From Candidatus Binataceae bacterium (GTDB lineage: Bacteria; Desulfobacterota; Binatia; Binatales; Binataceae): DNA of 64,000 bases. The translations under genes were made by a program, and so were the position numbers. The notes beneath the pieces are model-generated. The model did not search any database. It was not told the origin of the DNA and worked only from the letters and a program-made list of their open reading frames with translations. Positions 51,235-61,929 of the stretch are shown one piece after another; positions within the stretch are counted from its first letter, which is position 1, and each line of letters opens with the position of its first letter. Location of the stretch: NCBI GenBank assembly GCA_036521875.1, contig DATDGX010000138.1, positions 5,875 to 69,874 on the forward strand. The letters are read 5' to 3'.

Positions 51235-51624
51235 GTGGCCGTGAAGCTCGAACGCCTCGATCACTTTGGCGTTGAAGTAGCGGAGCTCGCGCGCGCCGAG
51301 CGGTTCTACACCGAGGTGCTCGGCCTCAAGGTCGTGATGCGGCTCGGCGATCAGGTGCTGCTCGATTGCGGCGGTCAGAATCTGGCGCTGTTCGCGGCGC
51401 CGCGCGCGGTGCTCAGCACGGCAGAGAGGCGGAGCCGAATAGCGAATCCGCTCGGCAGAGCACATCATGCGTTTCGCGTCAGCCGCGCCGATTTCGTCGC
51501 AGCACGCGAGCGGCTCGCTGCGGCCGGCGTCGAGAGCGCGGCGCCAATCGATTGGGGCGATCACGATTGCATTTATTTTCTCGACCCCGACGGCAACCTG
51601 CTCGAGATCGTGAGCTACCGCTAG
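51235..51624 (+). CDS. VOC-family protein (glyoxalase/bleomycin-resistance fold)
   Basis: LDHFGVEVAELARAERFYTEVLGLKV... is a VOC beta-alpha-beta-beta-beta module. Confidence 0.75.
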   Translation: MAVKLERLDHFGVEVAELARAERFYTEVLGLKVVMRLGDQVLLDCGGQNLALFAAPRAVLSTAERRSRIANPLGRAHHAFRVSRADFVAARERLAAAGVESAAPIDWGDHDCIYFLDPDGNLLEIVSYR

Positions 51625-51696
51625 CCCCTCACCGGATGAAGACTCGATGCGGACTCGCTTGGCGCGAGCAGCCGCGATCAACTACAACATCGGGAC

Positions 51697-52611
51697 ATGG
51701 ACGGTCTGGCGATTTTTCCCGGCGGCGCGAAACTTCCCGCGGCGGTCGCGCAACTGGCGGAGCAAATCGGCGCCGACGGCGGCGCCGCGCTCGCCGCATA
51801 CCAGGAGCCGCTCGGCGACCACTGGCACCTCTTCGCGATGCTTCCGCTCGCCAAGGTCGAGTCGACTCCTTATCAGCGCGACCTGTCGCCCGCGCACCTC
51901 AAGCGCATGATCGAGGTGATGAAGAAGCTCGATCGCTTCACCGAGCCGATCGTCGCGATTCAATCCGGCGGCACCTATTGGACTCCCAACGGCAACCATC
52001 GCCGCGCCGCCGCGGTCAAGGCGGGCGCGAAGATGATTCCCGCGATCGTCATTCCCGAGCCGGAGGTCGCGTTTCAAATTCTCGCGCTCAATACCGAAAA
52101 GACGCACAACCTGCGCGACAAGTCGCTCGAGGTGATCAGGATGTATCGCGCGCGCCGGGAAGAGCATCCGCGCAGCGCCGAGAAGGACTTCGCGTTCGAG
52201 TTCGAGCGCGCGCACTACATCACGCTCGGCATCGTGTACGAGCGCCACAAGAAGTTCGGTGGCGCTGTGTATGCGCCCATCCTGAGCCGGGTCGACAACT
52301 TCCTCGCCAAGCCGCTCAAGGAGGCGATCGAAGAGCGAAACGAGAGGGCGGAGCAGGTCGAGCAGGCCGACGCCACGCTTGTCAACCTGGTCGCCCTCGG
52401 GAAAAAGCGCGGCCTGGTCCATCCGTACCTGAAAAATTTCATCGTCGCGCGATCGAATCCGCTGACCCGCGCTCGCAAGACCATACCGTCGTGTAAGTCC
52501 GCGCTCGCGAGTCTGAACAAGGCGCTGGACGAGTTCGATCTCGGCACGATTCACTTCGGCCAGATTCGCGCCGCAGCACAAATCGCCGCGGCCAGCGCCA
52601 CCGACGCGTGA
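51697..52611 (+). CDS. ParB/Srx-fold (ParB-like nuclease domain) protein
   Basis: ...PYQRDLSPAHLKRMIEVMKK...TPNGNHRRAAAVKAG... matches the ParB N-domain arginine-patch motif (GxxRxxA). No centromere HTH is evident. Confidence 0.55.
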   Translation: MDGLAIFPGGAKLPAAVAQLAEQIGADGGAALAAYQEPLGDHWHLFAMLPLAKVESTPYQRDLSPAHLKRMIEVMKKLDRFTEPIVAIQSGGTYWTPNGNHRRAAAVKAGAKMIPAIVIPEPEVAFQILALNTEKTHNLRDKSLEVIRMYRARREEHPRSAEKDFAFEFERAHYITLGIVYERHKKFGGAVYAPILSRVDNFLAKPLKEAIEERNERAEQVEQADATLVNLVALGKKRGLVHPYLKNFIVARSNPLTRARKTIPSCKSALASLNKALDEFDLGTIHFGQIRAAAQIAAASATDA

Positions 52612-52678
52612 TCGTTCAGCATCGCAAATCGCTTCAGGTGATGACGCGGACGGCCGAGCAGCCGCCGCAGGAGGTCTG

Positions 52679-54331
52679 CTACGCAGCGGCGGGAGCCTGG
52701 CCGAGCTCGAACGCGCCCGGCTCGATCCCTTCCTTGGAGCGCAACACGATCTTCGCCGACAGTCTGCGCTCGAGCGCTTCGAGATCCTTCTTGCCCGCGT
52801 CGTAGAGATAGTCCGCGACTTCCCGATTGAGCTTTACGATCAGCATGTCGCCGGGCGGCCGGCGCGCGGCCTGCCGCTGAATTCCGCGCAGCACTTCCGC
52901 CGCGAGCGTGGGCACCGACTTCACCACGCGCCGCCCCTGGCATCGCGAGCACGGCTCGGTCAGCAGCGCCTCGAGGCTGTCGCGGGTGCGCTTGCGCGTC
53001 ATCTGGACCAGGCCCAGCTCTGAAATTCTGAGCGCCGAGGTTCGCGCCTTGTCCCGCTTGAGCGCCAGCGCGAGCGCGTCGCTGACCCGTTTGCGATCCG
53101 CCTCGCGCGACATGTCGATGAAGTCGACGATGATGATGCCGCCGATGTTGCGCAGCCGGAGCTGCTTGACGACCTCGTCAGCGGCCTCGAGGTTGGTCTT
53201 CAGGATGGTCTCGTCCTGGTTCTTCTTGCCGACGAAGCGGCCGGTGTTGACGTCGATCGCGGTGAGCGCCTCGGCTTGATCGAATACCAGGTAGCCGCCC
53301 GACTTGAGCAACACTTTGCGATCGAGCGCGCGCTCGATCTGCGGTTCGATATTGAAGCGATCGAACAGCGGCTCCTGGCTCTCGTGCAGGGCAACGCGCG
53401 AGCGCAGGCGCGGCATGTACGACTGCACGAAACCCACGATGCGGCCGTAGGTCTGCGCGTCATCGACCCACAGCCGCTCGACGTCGCTGGAGAACAGGTC
53501 GCGCACCGTGCGCAGTGCCACGTCGAGATCGTTGTACAGGATCGACGCGGGCGCGCTGCGCTCGCTCTTGGCGACGATCGACGACCACAGCTTGGTGAGA
53601 AACGCGATGTCGCGCTGGATTTCGCGGCGCGAGAGTCCCTCGCACGCGGTCCTGACGATAAAGCCGCCCTGTGGCGGGAGCAGCTCGTTGACCACCGCGC
53701 GCAGCCGCGCGCGCTCCTCGGCGCTCGCGATTCGCCGCGACACGCCGACATGGTTGCTGGTCGGCGTGTAGACCAGATATCGCCCTGGCAGCGAAATCGC
53801 CGAGGTCAGCCGCGCGCCTTTGGTGCCCATCGGCTCTTTCGCGATCTGAACGATTATCTCCTGGTTGCGCTGGAGCTGCTGCTCGATGGGAAGCCGGCTG
53901 CGCGGACGCTCGCGCCGGCCGCGACGCCCGCGACGGCCGCTCGACGGGGGTGGCGAGGACTCGGCAGCGGATACCTCGCCGTCCATCTCGATGTCGATTT
54001 CAATATCCGCTAGTCTCCGCTCTCCCGCGTCATCGCCATTAGCCGGTTCGGTTTCCACATCCTCTTCGCCGACCACTTCCGCGGCGGTCGCGAGCGCCTC
54101 GATTCCGCTGTCGAAATCCGAAACGTGCAGAAACCCTGCTTTCTCCAGGCCGATATCCACGAATGCCGCCTGCATCCCGGGCAGAACGCGCGTGACCTTG
54201 CCTTTATAGATGTTGCCGGCGAGGCCGCCGTGTTCCTCGCGTTCGAGAAAGAACTCGGCGAGCGAGTTATCTTCGAGCAGCGCGACCCGCACCTCGAGCG
54301 CGGAGGCGTTGATTGCAATTTCACGTTTCAC
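52679..54331 (-). CDS. rng: ribonuclease E/G family endoribonuclease
   Basis: S1 domain (GNIYKGKVTRVLPGMQAAFVDIGLEKAGFLHVSDF) and a DNase-I-like catalytic core. The likely start is the GTG at 54331 (AGGAAA RBS). An acidic/Arg-rich insert precedes the catalytic region. Confidence 0.85.
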   Translation of the reverse strand: MKREIAINASALEVRVALLEDNSLAEFFLEREEHGGLAGNIYKGKVTRVLPGMQAAFVDIGLEKAGFLHVSDFDSGIEALATAAEVVGEEDVETEPANGDDAGERRLADIEIDIEMDGEVSAAESSPPPSSGRRGRRGRRERPRSRLPIEQQLQRNQEIIVQIAKEPMGTKGARLTSAISLPGRYLVYTPTSNHVGVSRRIASAEERARLRAVVNELLPPQGGFIVRTACEGLSRREIQRDIAFLTKLWSSIVAKSERSAPASILYNDLDVALRTVRDLFSSDVERLWVDDAQTYGRIVGFVQSYMPRLRSRVALHESQEPLFDRFNIEPQIERALDRKVLLKSGGYLVFDQAEALTAIDVNTGRFVGKKNQDETILKTNLEAADEVVKQLRLRNIGGIIIVDFIDMSREADRKRVSDALALALKRDKARTSALRISELGLVQMTRKRTRDSLEALLTEPCSRCQGRRVVKSVPTLAAEVLRGIQRQAARRPPGDMLIVKLNREVADYLYDAGKKDLEALERRLSAKIVLRSKEGIEPGAFELGQAPAAA

Positions 54332-54592
54332 TGGCGAATTTTCCTGGGCGCCGGCGCGACAGGCGCGGCGAGAATGCCCGATGGTGATTGGACCGACGAT
54401 AGCATCGCGACCGCGATGACGAACGGCAGGTCGGTTGGCAACGATTGATTCCCTTCCGCCTCCACAACTTGGCAAAAGATCATACGGGGCACCCGCTGGC
54501 ATAGCAAGGCAACGCTTTTTCGACTCGATTTCACGCGGGTTTCATCACGCTGCAGCTTGACTTGGGTAATTGGGGCCGTTACTCGTTTTAGG

Positions 54593-55240
54593 ATGTCAGC
54601 GTATGCGGACACGATGGCGGGGGGGCCGGGCGGTGCGGCGGTGCTGAACACCCGGGTCCTGATCCTCAACCGTTCTTATTTGCCGGTCCACGTAACTTCG
54701 GTGAAGCGCGCATTTGCGCTGCTTTACCAAGGGGTTGCGCGCGCGGTCGACGAGCAGTATCGCACCTTCGACTTCGAGAGCTGGCGCGACCTTGCGATTG
54801 AGGTGCATCACGAGCGCCTCGGCGTCGTCAACGGATTCATCCGCGTCCCGCGAGTATTGCTGCTGACCGCCTACGAGCGCGTGCCGCGCCGCCACGTGCG
54901 CTTCTCGCGCTTCAACATCTTCGCGCGCGACTCGAATACCTGCCAGTATTGCGGCCGCAAGCTGCCGCGCACCGAGCTCAACCTCGATCATGTGGTGCCG
55001 CGCTCGCGCGGGGGAACGTCGACTTGGGAGAATATCGTCTGCTCGTGTCATCATTGTAACCGGCGCAAGGGCGGACGCACCCCCGAAGAGGCCCGGATGG
55101 CGCTGGTGCGTCGGCCGCGGCGTCCGGAATGGACTCCATTCAGCGCCGAGATGTTCAGCCTTCGGCGCTACAGGGAATGGATGCCGTATCTGTCCCAGGT
55201 TGACAGCGCATACTGGAACACGGAGCTGATTCAGGACTGA
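54593..55240 (+). CDS. HNH endonuclease (stand-alone)
   Basis: CQYCGRKLPRTELNLDHVVPRSRGGTSTWENIVCSCHHCNRRKG is an HNH/zinc-finger motif. Confidence 0.8.
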   Translation: MSAYADTMAGGPGGAAVLNTRVLILNRSYLPVHVTSVKRAFALLYQGVARAVDEQYRTFDFESWRDLAIEVHHERLGVVNGFIRVPRVLLLTAYERVPRRHVRFSRFNIFARDSNTCQYCGRKLPRTELNLDHVVPRSRGGTSTWENIVCSCHHCNRRKGGRTPEEARMALVRRPRRPEWTPFSAEMFSLRRYREWMPYLSQVDSAYWNTELIQD

Positions 55241-55379
55241 AGGCCGACGGTGCGCCTGAAGGCACAATCGGCAGGGGTAATGGTCGATTAGTGCGCGACA
55301 GATTTGCGGTGGTATTGACCCCCGCGGGATCTCTGGGATAAGCCCAAGGGGGTGGTGGTGCGGTGGAGGCGTCGGTTGT

Positions 55380-58300
55380 ATGCGTCTTAAAAGCCTTGAG
55401 TTAGTAGGCTTCAAATCATTTTCCGAAGCAACGACGATTAGCTTCGCGACGGGGATGACCGCGGTGGTCGGCCCGAACGGATGCGGCAAGTCGAACGTCG
55501 TCGATGCGATCCGATGGGTTCTCGGCGAGCAGGCACCGACGCGGTTGCGCGGTAAGAGCGCCGAAGATCTTATCTACGCCGGTAACGACTCCAATTCGGC
55601 CGCCGGGATGGCGGAAGTCACTCTGGTCCTGGAAGCGGAAGAGGGCAGCAGCCTGCCCGAGCCGTACTCGACGCTGAGCGAAGTCGCCGTCACCCGGCGC
55701 GTCTATCGCTCCAGCGACTCCGAGTACCTGCTCAACAAGATTCCCTGCCGGCTCAAGGACATCACCGAATTTTTCATGGCCGCGCAAATTTATAGCCGCG
55801 GTTACGCGCTGATCGAGCAGGGACGAATCGAAGAAATCATCCAGGCCAAGCCGCACGAGGTGCGGTCGCTGGTCGAGGAGGCGGCGGGACTCTCACTGTT
55901 CAAGGGGCGGCGGGAAATCAGCGAACGCAAGCTCGAGCGGGTCAAGGAAAATCTCGCGCGGCTCGACGACGTGCTGAGCGAAATCGAGCGCCAGCTTAAT
56001 TTCGCGCGCCGCCAGGCCAAAAAGGCTGAGGCATTCAAGATAATCAAGGCGGAACTTTCCGAGCTCGAGCGCCTTGCCGCAGCGCGCCGCCTGCTCGAGC
56101 AGCGTGAAGAACTCGCAAAGCAGAACATCCGCGACAGCGAACTGAAAGCTTCGGCCGAATCCGCACGCGATAAATCGTCGGCGGCGCAAACCGAAGTCGA
56201 GGCCGCATCGTCGGCGGCGCAAGCGGCGCGCTCCGAGCTCGGCGGTTCCGAGCGCGAGCTCGAGAACTTGCATATTGGAGCGGAGGAGCGCGCGCGCACC
56301 CGCGGATTTCTCGAGCGCAGGCTCACCTCGATAAACGATCTCGAACCGACGCTGATAGCACGGCTTGCCGAGCTCGAAACCAAGGCCACGCTCGCGCGCG
56401 CTACACGCGCCGACGCCGGCGCACGGCACGCGCGCGAATGCGCCGGCACGGGAGGCGACAGCGAAGCGGCGCTCAAAGAAATCCAGGCGCGCAACGACGC
56501 CGCGCAGCGCGAGCTCAAGGACGCGGAGCGCCGCGCCGAGGAACTCAAGGACGATCTATCGGAAACCATCCGCGAGGCGGCGGTGCTACGCGGCCGTCTC
56601 GGCGATTTCGCCGGCGAACGCGCCGAACTCGAGGAGCGCCTCCGCTCCGGCGGCATCGATGCGCCTGCGCGCACGGCGGATATCGAGCAGGCTCAAGCCG
56701 CGCTTCGCGCCGGCGAAGAGCGGCTCGAAGCAGTCCACCTGGAAATCGCGGCGCTCGAAGGAAACTCGCGCGAGAGCGCGGAACACGAAATCAAAGCTCG
56801 CGCAGCGCTGGAACATCTGGCGGCGCAGGTCTCCGCGCTCAGACTGAAGCTCAGCGCGCGCCGCCCGCTGGGCGCTTCGACCGTCGATGGCGCAGGCGAG
56901 CGCCTGCGCACCGTGCTCGAGTCTCTCAACGGCGATCGCCCAGCGCGCGATCCAGCGATGTTCCGCGAAGTGGTGAGAGCGCCTGAGGCGCTGCGGCCTG
57001 CGCTACGTGCGGTGCTCGGCGAGGAGCTGGACGCGGTGGTCGTCGACTCGCCGATGTTCGCGATACGCGCGATCGAAATTCTGAAGGAGAACAAAGCGGG
57101 CCGCCTGAGCTTCTTCCAGGAGTCCGACGCTGCCGCCGCAGCCTATCCGGCGATCGAGGCGCCGGGAATCGCGGGACGGCTGGTCGACATGCTCGAAGTC
57201 GAAGCGCGCTTCGCGCCGGTGGCCGAGGCGATGCTGGGTCATGTGATGGTCGCGGACTCTTTGCGTGCCGCGCTCGAGGCGTCGAACTTGAACGGGCACG
57301 GCGCCATGTTCGTGACGCGCGAGGGCGACGTGGTATGGCCGGGGCGCTTGATCCGCGGCGGCAGCGCCGAGGAAGACAGTTCCAGTGCCGGCGCCGCTCA
57401 GGAAGACGCCTCCGCTGCGCAAGCGCAGACCGAGGAGCTCGCGCTCGGCGAGGACGAGCATCGCGCGGCAATCGTGCGGCTTGGGGACTTTCGCGCCTCG
57501 CGCGCGCGCGTCGAGGCGGACCTCGACGCGGCGCGCCGCCGCGCGAAAGACGCCGAGCACACCGCGGGCGAGCTCCGCGCGACGCTCGCGCGCGCGGAGC
57601 AGGCGCAATCGCTTGCCGAGGCTCATCTCGGCGCCGCGCTAAGGCGCGTCGCCGAGATTGGCGAGACGGTTGCGGTGTCGAATGCGCGCATGGAAGAACT
57701 TGCGCACGACGAACGCGAGGCGCGCGAGCGCCTCGCCGCGCTGCGCGAGGACGTCGCTGCCCGGCGCGCTGCGGCCGAGGAACTCAGCGCCGCGATGGTG
57801 GAGGCGGCGGCGCACTTCGAGGCGTGCAAATCGCAGCTTGCGGCCCTGGAGCGCGAGCTCGCGCACGCGGTCGAGAGCGCGCGCGACCTGGAAGCGCAAA
57901 TCGACGAGCATCGCTCGAACCTGGAGCGCTCGCGCGTCGAGCGCGCCGATTTCGAGCGTGAACTGGAAAAACTCGGCGCGCAGGATCAGGCGGCGCGCGC
58001 GCGCGAGTCGGAGCTCGCGGATTCGATAGCCACGCTCAGCGCCCGATGCGAACGGTGCGAGCGCGAGCTCGAAGAAAAGCGGGCCGAGCTCAAGCTCGCG
58101 CATGAGGTGCTGGCCGCTCTGGAAGCCGAGGTGAACGAATGCGCTCTGCGGCGCGAACGCGCGCGGACGCTGAGCGAAGAACTGGCGCGCGGCTTTCTCG
58201 AGAAGTTCTTAGCCGAGTTCGACGCGGTCGCAGCGGAGCTGGTGTCCACGCTTCACGGCCGCGACGCCGCTCGCGACGAGCAGCGCCTCACCGAGCTGCG

Positions 58301-58919
58301 CGCCAAGGCGGAGCGGATTGGAGAGGTGAATCTGGCGGCGGAGAGCGAGGTCCACGAACTCGAGGAACGCGCGAATACGCTGGGCAGCGAGCGCGCCGAT
58401 CTCAAACGCGCCGTCGACGATCTCTCACAGACGATAACGCGGCTGAATCGCGAGGCGCGCAAGCGCTTCGCCGAGACTTTCGAGGGCGCCGCCCGGAATT
58501 TTGCCGAGCTGTTTCCCAAGCTGCTCCGCGGCGGCAAGGGCCGGCTCGAACTCACCGAGGCGACCGACGTGCTCGAGGCCGGCGTGAACATCCTGATTCA
58601 GCCCGCGGGCAAGAAGGTCAAAGAGATAGCCCTGCTCTCGGGCGGCGAGAAGGCGCTGTCTGCGATGGCGCTGGTGTTCTCGCTGTTTCTGTTGAACCCG
58701 AGCCCTTTCTGCGTAATGGACGAAGTCGACGCGCCGCTCGACGAGTTCAGCCTCGCCGCGTTCACTTCGCTGCTCGCCGAGCTCAAGCAGCGCTCGCAGT
58801 TCATCGTGATCACGCACAATCAGCGCACCATGCAGCGCGCCGACCAGATTCACGGCGTGACGATGGATCGGCCGGGAATCTCGCGCGTGATCTCGTTGCG
58901 CATCCCCGCCGCCGCCTGA
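55380..58919 (+). CDS. smc: chromosome segregation protein SMC
   Basis: Walker A GPNGCGKSN, long coiled coils, a hinge, and a C-terminal signature plus Walker B (LSGGEKALSAMALVFSLF...CVMDEVDAPLD). Confidence 0.95.
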   Translation: MRLKSLELVGFKSFSEATTISFATGMTAVVGPNGCGKSNVVDAIRWVLGEQAPTRLRGKSAEDLIYAGNDSNSAAGMAEVTLVLEAEEGSSLPEPYSTLSEVAVTRRVYRSSDSEYLLNKIPCRLKDITEFFMAAQIYSRGYALIEQGRIEEIIQAKPHEVRSLVEEAAGLSLFKGRREISERKLERVKENLARLDDVLSEIERQLNFARRQAKKAEAFKIIKAELSELERLAAARRLLEQREELAKQNIRDSELKASAESARDKSSAAQTEVEAASSAAQAARSELGGSERELENLHIGAEERARTRGFLERRLTSINDLEPTLIARLAELETKATLARATRADAGARHARECAGTGGDSEAALKEIQARNDAAQRELKDAERRAEELKDDLSETIREAAVLRGRLGDFAGERAELEERLRSGGIDAPARTADIEQAQAALRAGEERLEAVHLEIAALEGNSRESAEHEIKARAALEHLAAQVSALRLKLSARRPLGASTVDGAGERLRTVLESLNGDRPARDPAMFREVVRAPEALRPALRAVLGEELDAVVVDSPMFAIRAIEILKENKAGRLSFFQESDAAAAAYPAIEAPGIAGRLVDMLEVEARFAPVAEAMLGHVMVADSLRAALEASNLNGHGAMFVTREGDVVWPGRLIRGGSAEEDSSSAGAAQEDASAAQAQTEELALGEDEHRAAIVRLGDFRASRARVEADLDAARRRAKDAEHTAGELRATLARAEQAQSLAEAHLGAALRRVAEIGETVAVSNARMEELAHDEREARERLAALREDVAARRAAAEELSAAMVEAAAHFEACKSQLAALERELAHAVESARDLEAQIDEHRSNLERSRVERADFERELEKLGAQDQAARARESELADSIATLSARCERCERELEEKRAELKLAHEVLAALEAEVNECALRRERARTLSEELARGFLEKFLAEFDAVAAELVSTLHGRDAARDEQRLTELRAKAERIGEVNLAAESEVHELEERANTLGSERADLKRAVDDLSQTITRLNREARKRFAETFEGAARNFAELFPKLLRGGKGRLELTEATDVLEAGVNILIQPAGKKVKEIALLSGGEKALSAMALVFSLFLLNPSPFCVMDEVDAPLDEFSLAAFTSLLAELKQRSQFIVITHNQRTMQRADQIHGVTMDRPGISRVISLRIPAAA

Positions 58920-58938
58920 ATCGCGACGGGCGCGCGGC

Positions 58939-59832
58939 TTACGAATCCGGACGCGTTGTGGGGCGGCGCGGCGGCATCGAGATACCCGACGGCATTTGCG
59001 AGTACCCGCTGCCCGGAAATTCGACGCCGATTCCGTGCGCCTTGTCGAGCAGGCCGAAATCTTTCAGCAACTGCTGGCTGTAAGTCACCAGGCCGGTCAC
59101 CCGGTCCAGCGGCTCGGTCGCCAACAGCAGCGTCGCCTTCGCCATCAGCTCGGGCGGCTCGCCCTCGTTCGGTCCTTCAACCAGGTGATGAAAAACCGTC
59201 CCCGGCGTCACCACGATTTCCGACGGCGACAGGCAGGTCACCGAGATGTTGTATTCGAATACTTCTTCGGCGAGTCCCTGCGTGAAGCGCTCGAGCGCCG
59301 CCTTCTCCGCGCCGTAGCATACGCCGCCGCGAAACACGCTGGCGGGATTGTATGGTCCGCGCCCGGGTCCAATCGCTGCGCCGGATGAAATGTTCACGAT
59401 CGCGCCGGATTTGCGCGGCACCATGTCTTCAAGCGCGTGACGGCTAAGGATGAACGGCGCGTGCAGGTTCACCGCGAACGAGCGGATCCATCGGCGGGGC
59501 GGAAAATCCTTGACCGGGATGAAATAGGTCAGCGCGGCGTTGTTCACCAGCACGTCGATCGGGCCGTAGCGCGAGCGCGTCTCCTTGACCAGGTTCTCGA
59601 TGGATTCTTCCGAGGACACGTCGCATGCGACCGCGATCGCCTCGCCGCCGGACTTTTTGATTTCCGCTATGGTCGTTTCCAGCGAGCCTTCCAGTGGGTG
59701 CTCGCCCTCCTTCATGGTCCGCGCGCTGCAGACCACCTTGGCGCCTTCTTTCGCGAACAGGTCCGCGATCGATTTTCCGATTCCGCGGCTTGCGCCGGTC
59801 ACGATCGCTACCTTGCCATCAAGCTTGCCCAT
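58939..59832 (-). CDS. SDR-family oxidoreductase
   Basis: TGASRGIGKSIA (TGxxxGxG), NNAA, and Y-x3-K. About 70 extra C-terminal residues follow. Confidence 0.85.
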   Translation of the reverse strand: MGKLDGKVAIVTGASRGIGKSIADLFAKEGAKVVCSARTMKEGEHPLEGSLETTIAEIKKSGGEAIAVACDVSSEESIENLVKETRSRYGPIDVLVNNAALTYFIPVKDFPPRRWIRSFAVNLHAPFILSRHALEDMVPRKSGAIVNISSGAAIGPGRGPYNPASVFRGGVCYGAEKAALERFTQGLAEEVFEYNISVTCLSPSEIVVTPGTVFHHLVEGPNEGEPPELMAKATLLLATEPLDRVTGLVTYSQQLLKDFGLLDKAHGIGVEFPGSGYSQMPSGISMPPRRPTTRPDS

Positions 59833-60082
59833 CTAAGTCGCTCTCCTCGCGATACTCTTTCGATACAGCCCGGGATCGGCAGCGGAGCATCCGCTTGCCG
59901 GGTCCATTTGTTCTTATAGTCGGTCACGGCGTCGTTCGGCCACCGGAAAGTGGGACCATCGCGTCACGCCACCGTCCAAGCCGCAGTAATCTGCTGCCCG
60001 CGATGCGCACCCACTCCGCGCCCCGAGCCTATGGTTTCGGACCTTCCGCGCGGCTGTTATTCTCAGATGCGCGCCCCTTTGG

Positions 60083-61345
60083 TTGGTTCGCGAGAGGCAC
60101 TTCGTTTTGACTATCACAGACAACATTCTCGCGATTGCGATCGCGCTTACCGTTGGCCCCGGCCTGGTTTTCATCGGCGTCCTGATTCAATGGAGTCTGC
60201 GCAAGGCGCGCCCATATCCGAAGCCCGAGGCTCCGACGGAATCCGCCGCGGCGCCCGCCACGACTACGATCGCGACGCCGTCGGAAGCGGTTCTATCCCA
60301 GGAGACTCTGGCCGAAACGCCTGCGCGCGGCACGGCGGCCGCGGGCGCTCCGGAACCTGAACTGGGCGCCGCGCCAGCTCCTGCCGCGGCGGAGCCGATG
60401 CGGCAGCCGCCCAGATTTGGTCTCGGACTCCGCCGCACGCGCGAAAATTTCCTGCAGCGGATTCGCGCCGCGATTACCGGCGCGGCCAAGGTCGAAGAAA
60501 TCTACGAGGGACTGGAAGAGGCGCTGATCGCGGCCGACGTCGGCGTCGAGGCGAGCATGAAGCTCGCCGCGTCGGTTCACGCGCGGCTGGGCAACGACAA
60601 TCGGCCCGACGTGATTCGCGACGCGCTCAAGGATGAGATCGCCGCGATGCTCAAGTCGGCCGAGCGTCCACCGGCGGATCCGGGCGCATCGCCGCTGGTC
60701 ATCCTGATGCTGGGGGTCAACGGCGCGGGGAAGACCACGACCGTCGCGAAACTTGCAGCGCGGCTCAAGGAACGGCGCGGCAGCGTGATCGTCGCGGCGG
60801 CGGATACCTTTCGCGCCGCGGCTATCGAGCAGCTCCAGGTATGGTGTGAGCGCGCCGGCGCCGAAATCATCATGCATCAACAGGGCTCCGACCCGGCGGC
60901 GGTCGCCTTCGACGCAGTCCGCGCGGGCATCGCACGCAAGGCCGGCGCGGTGCTGATTGACACGGCGGGACGGCTGCAGACCAAGGTCAACCTGATGGAG
61001 GAGCTCAAGAAGATCGCGCGCGTCGCCGGCCGCGAGCTGCCCGGCGCGCCGCACGAGACCTGGCTGGTGCTGGACGCGACCACCGGCCAGAATGCGCTCA
61101 GCCAGGCGACAATCTTCGGCGCGGCGGTGCCGCTGACCGGCGTGGTGCTGGCAAAACTCGACAGCACCGCGAAGGGTGGGGTGGTAATCGCGATCGCGGA
61201 GAGGCTAAAGATACCGGTGCGGTACGTGGGCTTGGGCGAAGAGCTGGAGGATTTGCGCGAATTCGATTCGCGCGAGTTCGTCGACGCGCTGTTTGCGAGC
61301 GACGAGAGCGACGCGCAAACTGCCAGTGGTTCTTATGCGGCTTGA
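60083..61345 (+). CDS. ftsY: signal recognition particle receptor FtsY
   Basis: NG domain with GVNGAGKTTTVAKLA, DTFRAAA and DTAGR. Its hydrophobic N-terminal segment suggests a membrane anchor. The ORF starts at the TTG at 60083. Confidence 0.9.
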   Translation: MVRERHFVLTITDNILAIAIALTVGPGLVFIGVLIQWSLRKARPYPKPEAPTESAAAPATTTIATPSEAVLSQETLAETPARGTAAAGAPEPELGAAPAPAAAEPMRQPPRFGLGLRRTRENFLQRIRAAITGAAKVEEIYEGLEEALIAADVGVEASMKLAASVHARLGNDNRPDVIRDALKDEIAAMLKSAERPPADPGASPLVILMLGVNGAGKTTTVAKLAARLKERRGSVIVAAADTFRAAAIEQLQVWCERAGAEIIMHQQGSDPAAVAFDAVRAGIARKAGAVLIDTAGRLQTKVNLMEELKKIARVAGRELPGAPHETWLVLDATTGQNALSQATIFGAAVPLTGVVLAKLDSTAKGGVVIAIAERLKIPVRYVGLGEELEDLREFDSREFVDALFASDESDAQTASGSYAA

Positions 61346-61391
61346 CAGGCTGATTAATCGAAAATTAAACTAAAGGTAGAAGTTCTCTGTC

Positions 61392-61640
61392 ATGGCGAAT
61401 GATGTCTTAAAGCAACTTGATGAGCGAATTCAGGCCTCAGTAAATCGAATCCAGCAGCTACGGCGTGAAAGCGATCAGCTCGCGTTAAAACTTGCTGAAA
61501 GCGAAAAGCGCAATGCGGAGGCTGCCGCGCAGATTAAGGCGCTCAACGCGGAGCGCGCCCAGCACGAGCACGAGCGCGGCGAGGTGCGGAGCCGGATCGA
61601 GAAAATTCTGGCCCGCTTCGACGGTATCGATCTCGGCTAG
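61392..61640 (+). CDS. zapB: ZapB-like coiled-coil cell-division protein
   Basis: An 82-aa all-coiled-coil protein immediately upstream of zapA. The identification relies mainly on composition and context. Confidence 0.5.
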   Translation: MANDVLKQLDERIQASVNRIQQLRRESDQLALKLAESEKRNAEAAAQIKALNAERAQHEHERGEVRSRIEKILARFDGIDLG

Positions 61641-61646
61641 CAGTAG

Positions 61647-61925
61647 ATGAAGGGCGTCAGCGTCGAAATCATGGGCCAGAACCTGACGGTTGCCAGCGAC
61701 GCCGGCGACGATTGGGTGAAAAGCGTGGCCAAGACGGTCGACGCCAAGATCAAAGACATCCGCGCCGGGAGTCAGACCGTAAGCTCGGTCAGTCTGGCGA
61801 TCCTGGCCGCATTAAATTTTGCCGACGAACTCGAGCATCTGCGCAAGGAACATCAGGAGCTCGTGAACCGGATCAAGGCGATGAATAAGCGACTGTCCGA
61901 CGCGATCGACGGCGATGAAGTCTGA
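61647..61925 (+). CDS. zapA: cell division protein ZapA
   Basis: ...SVEIMGQNLTVASDAGDDWVKSVAKTVDAKI...SLAILAALNFADEL... is the ZapA signature. Confidence 0.8.
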   Translation: MKGVSVEIMGQNLTVASDAGDDWVKSVAKTVDAKIKDIRAGSQTVSSVSLAILAALNFADELEHLRKEHQELVNRIKAMNKRLSDAIDGDEV

Positions 61926-61929
61926 GCTG

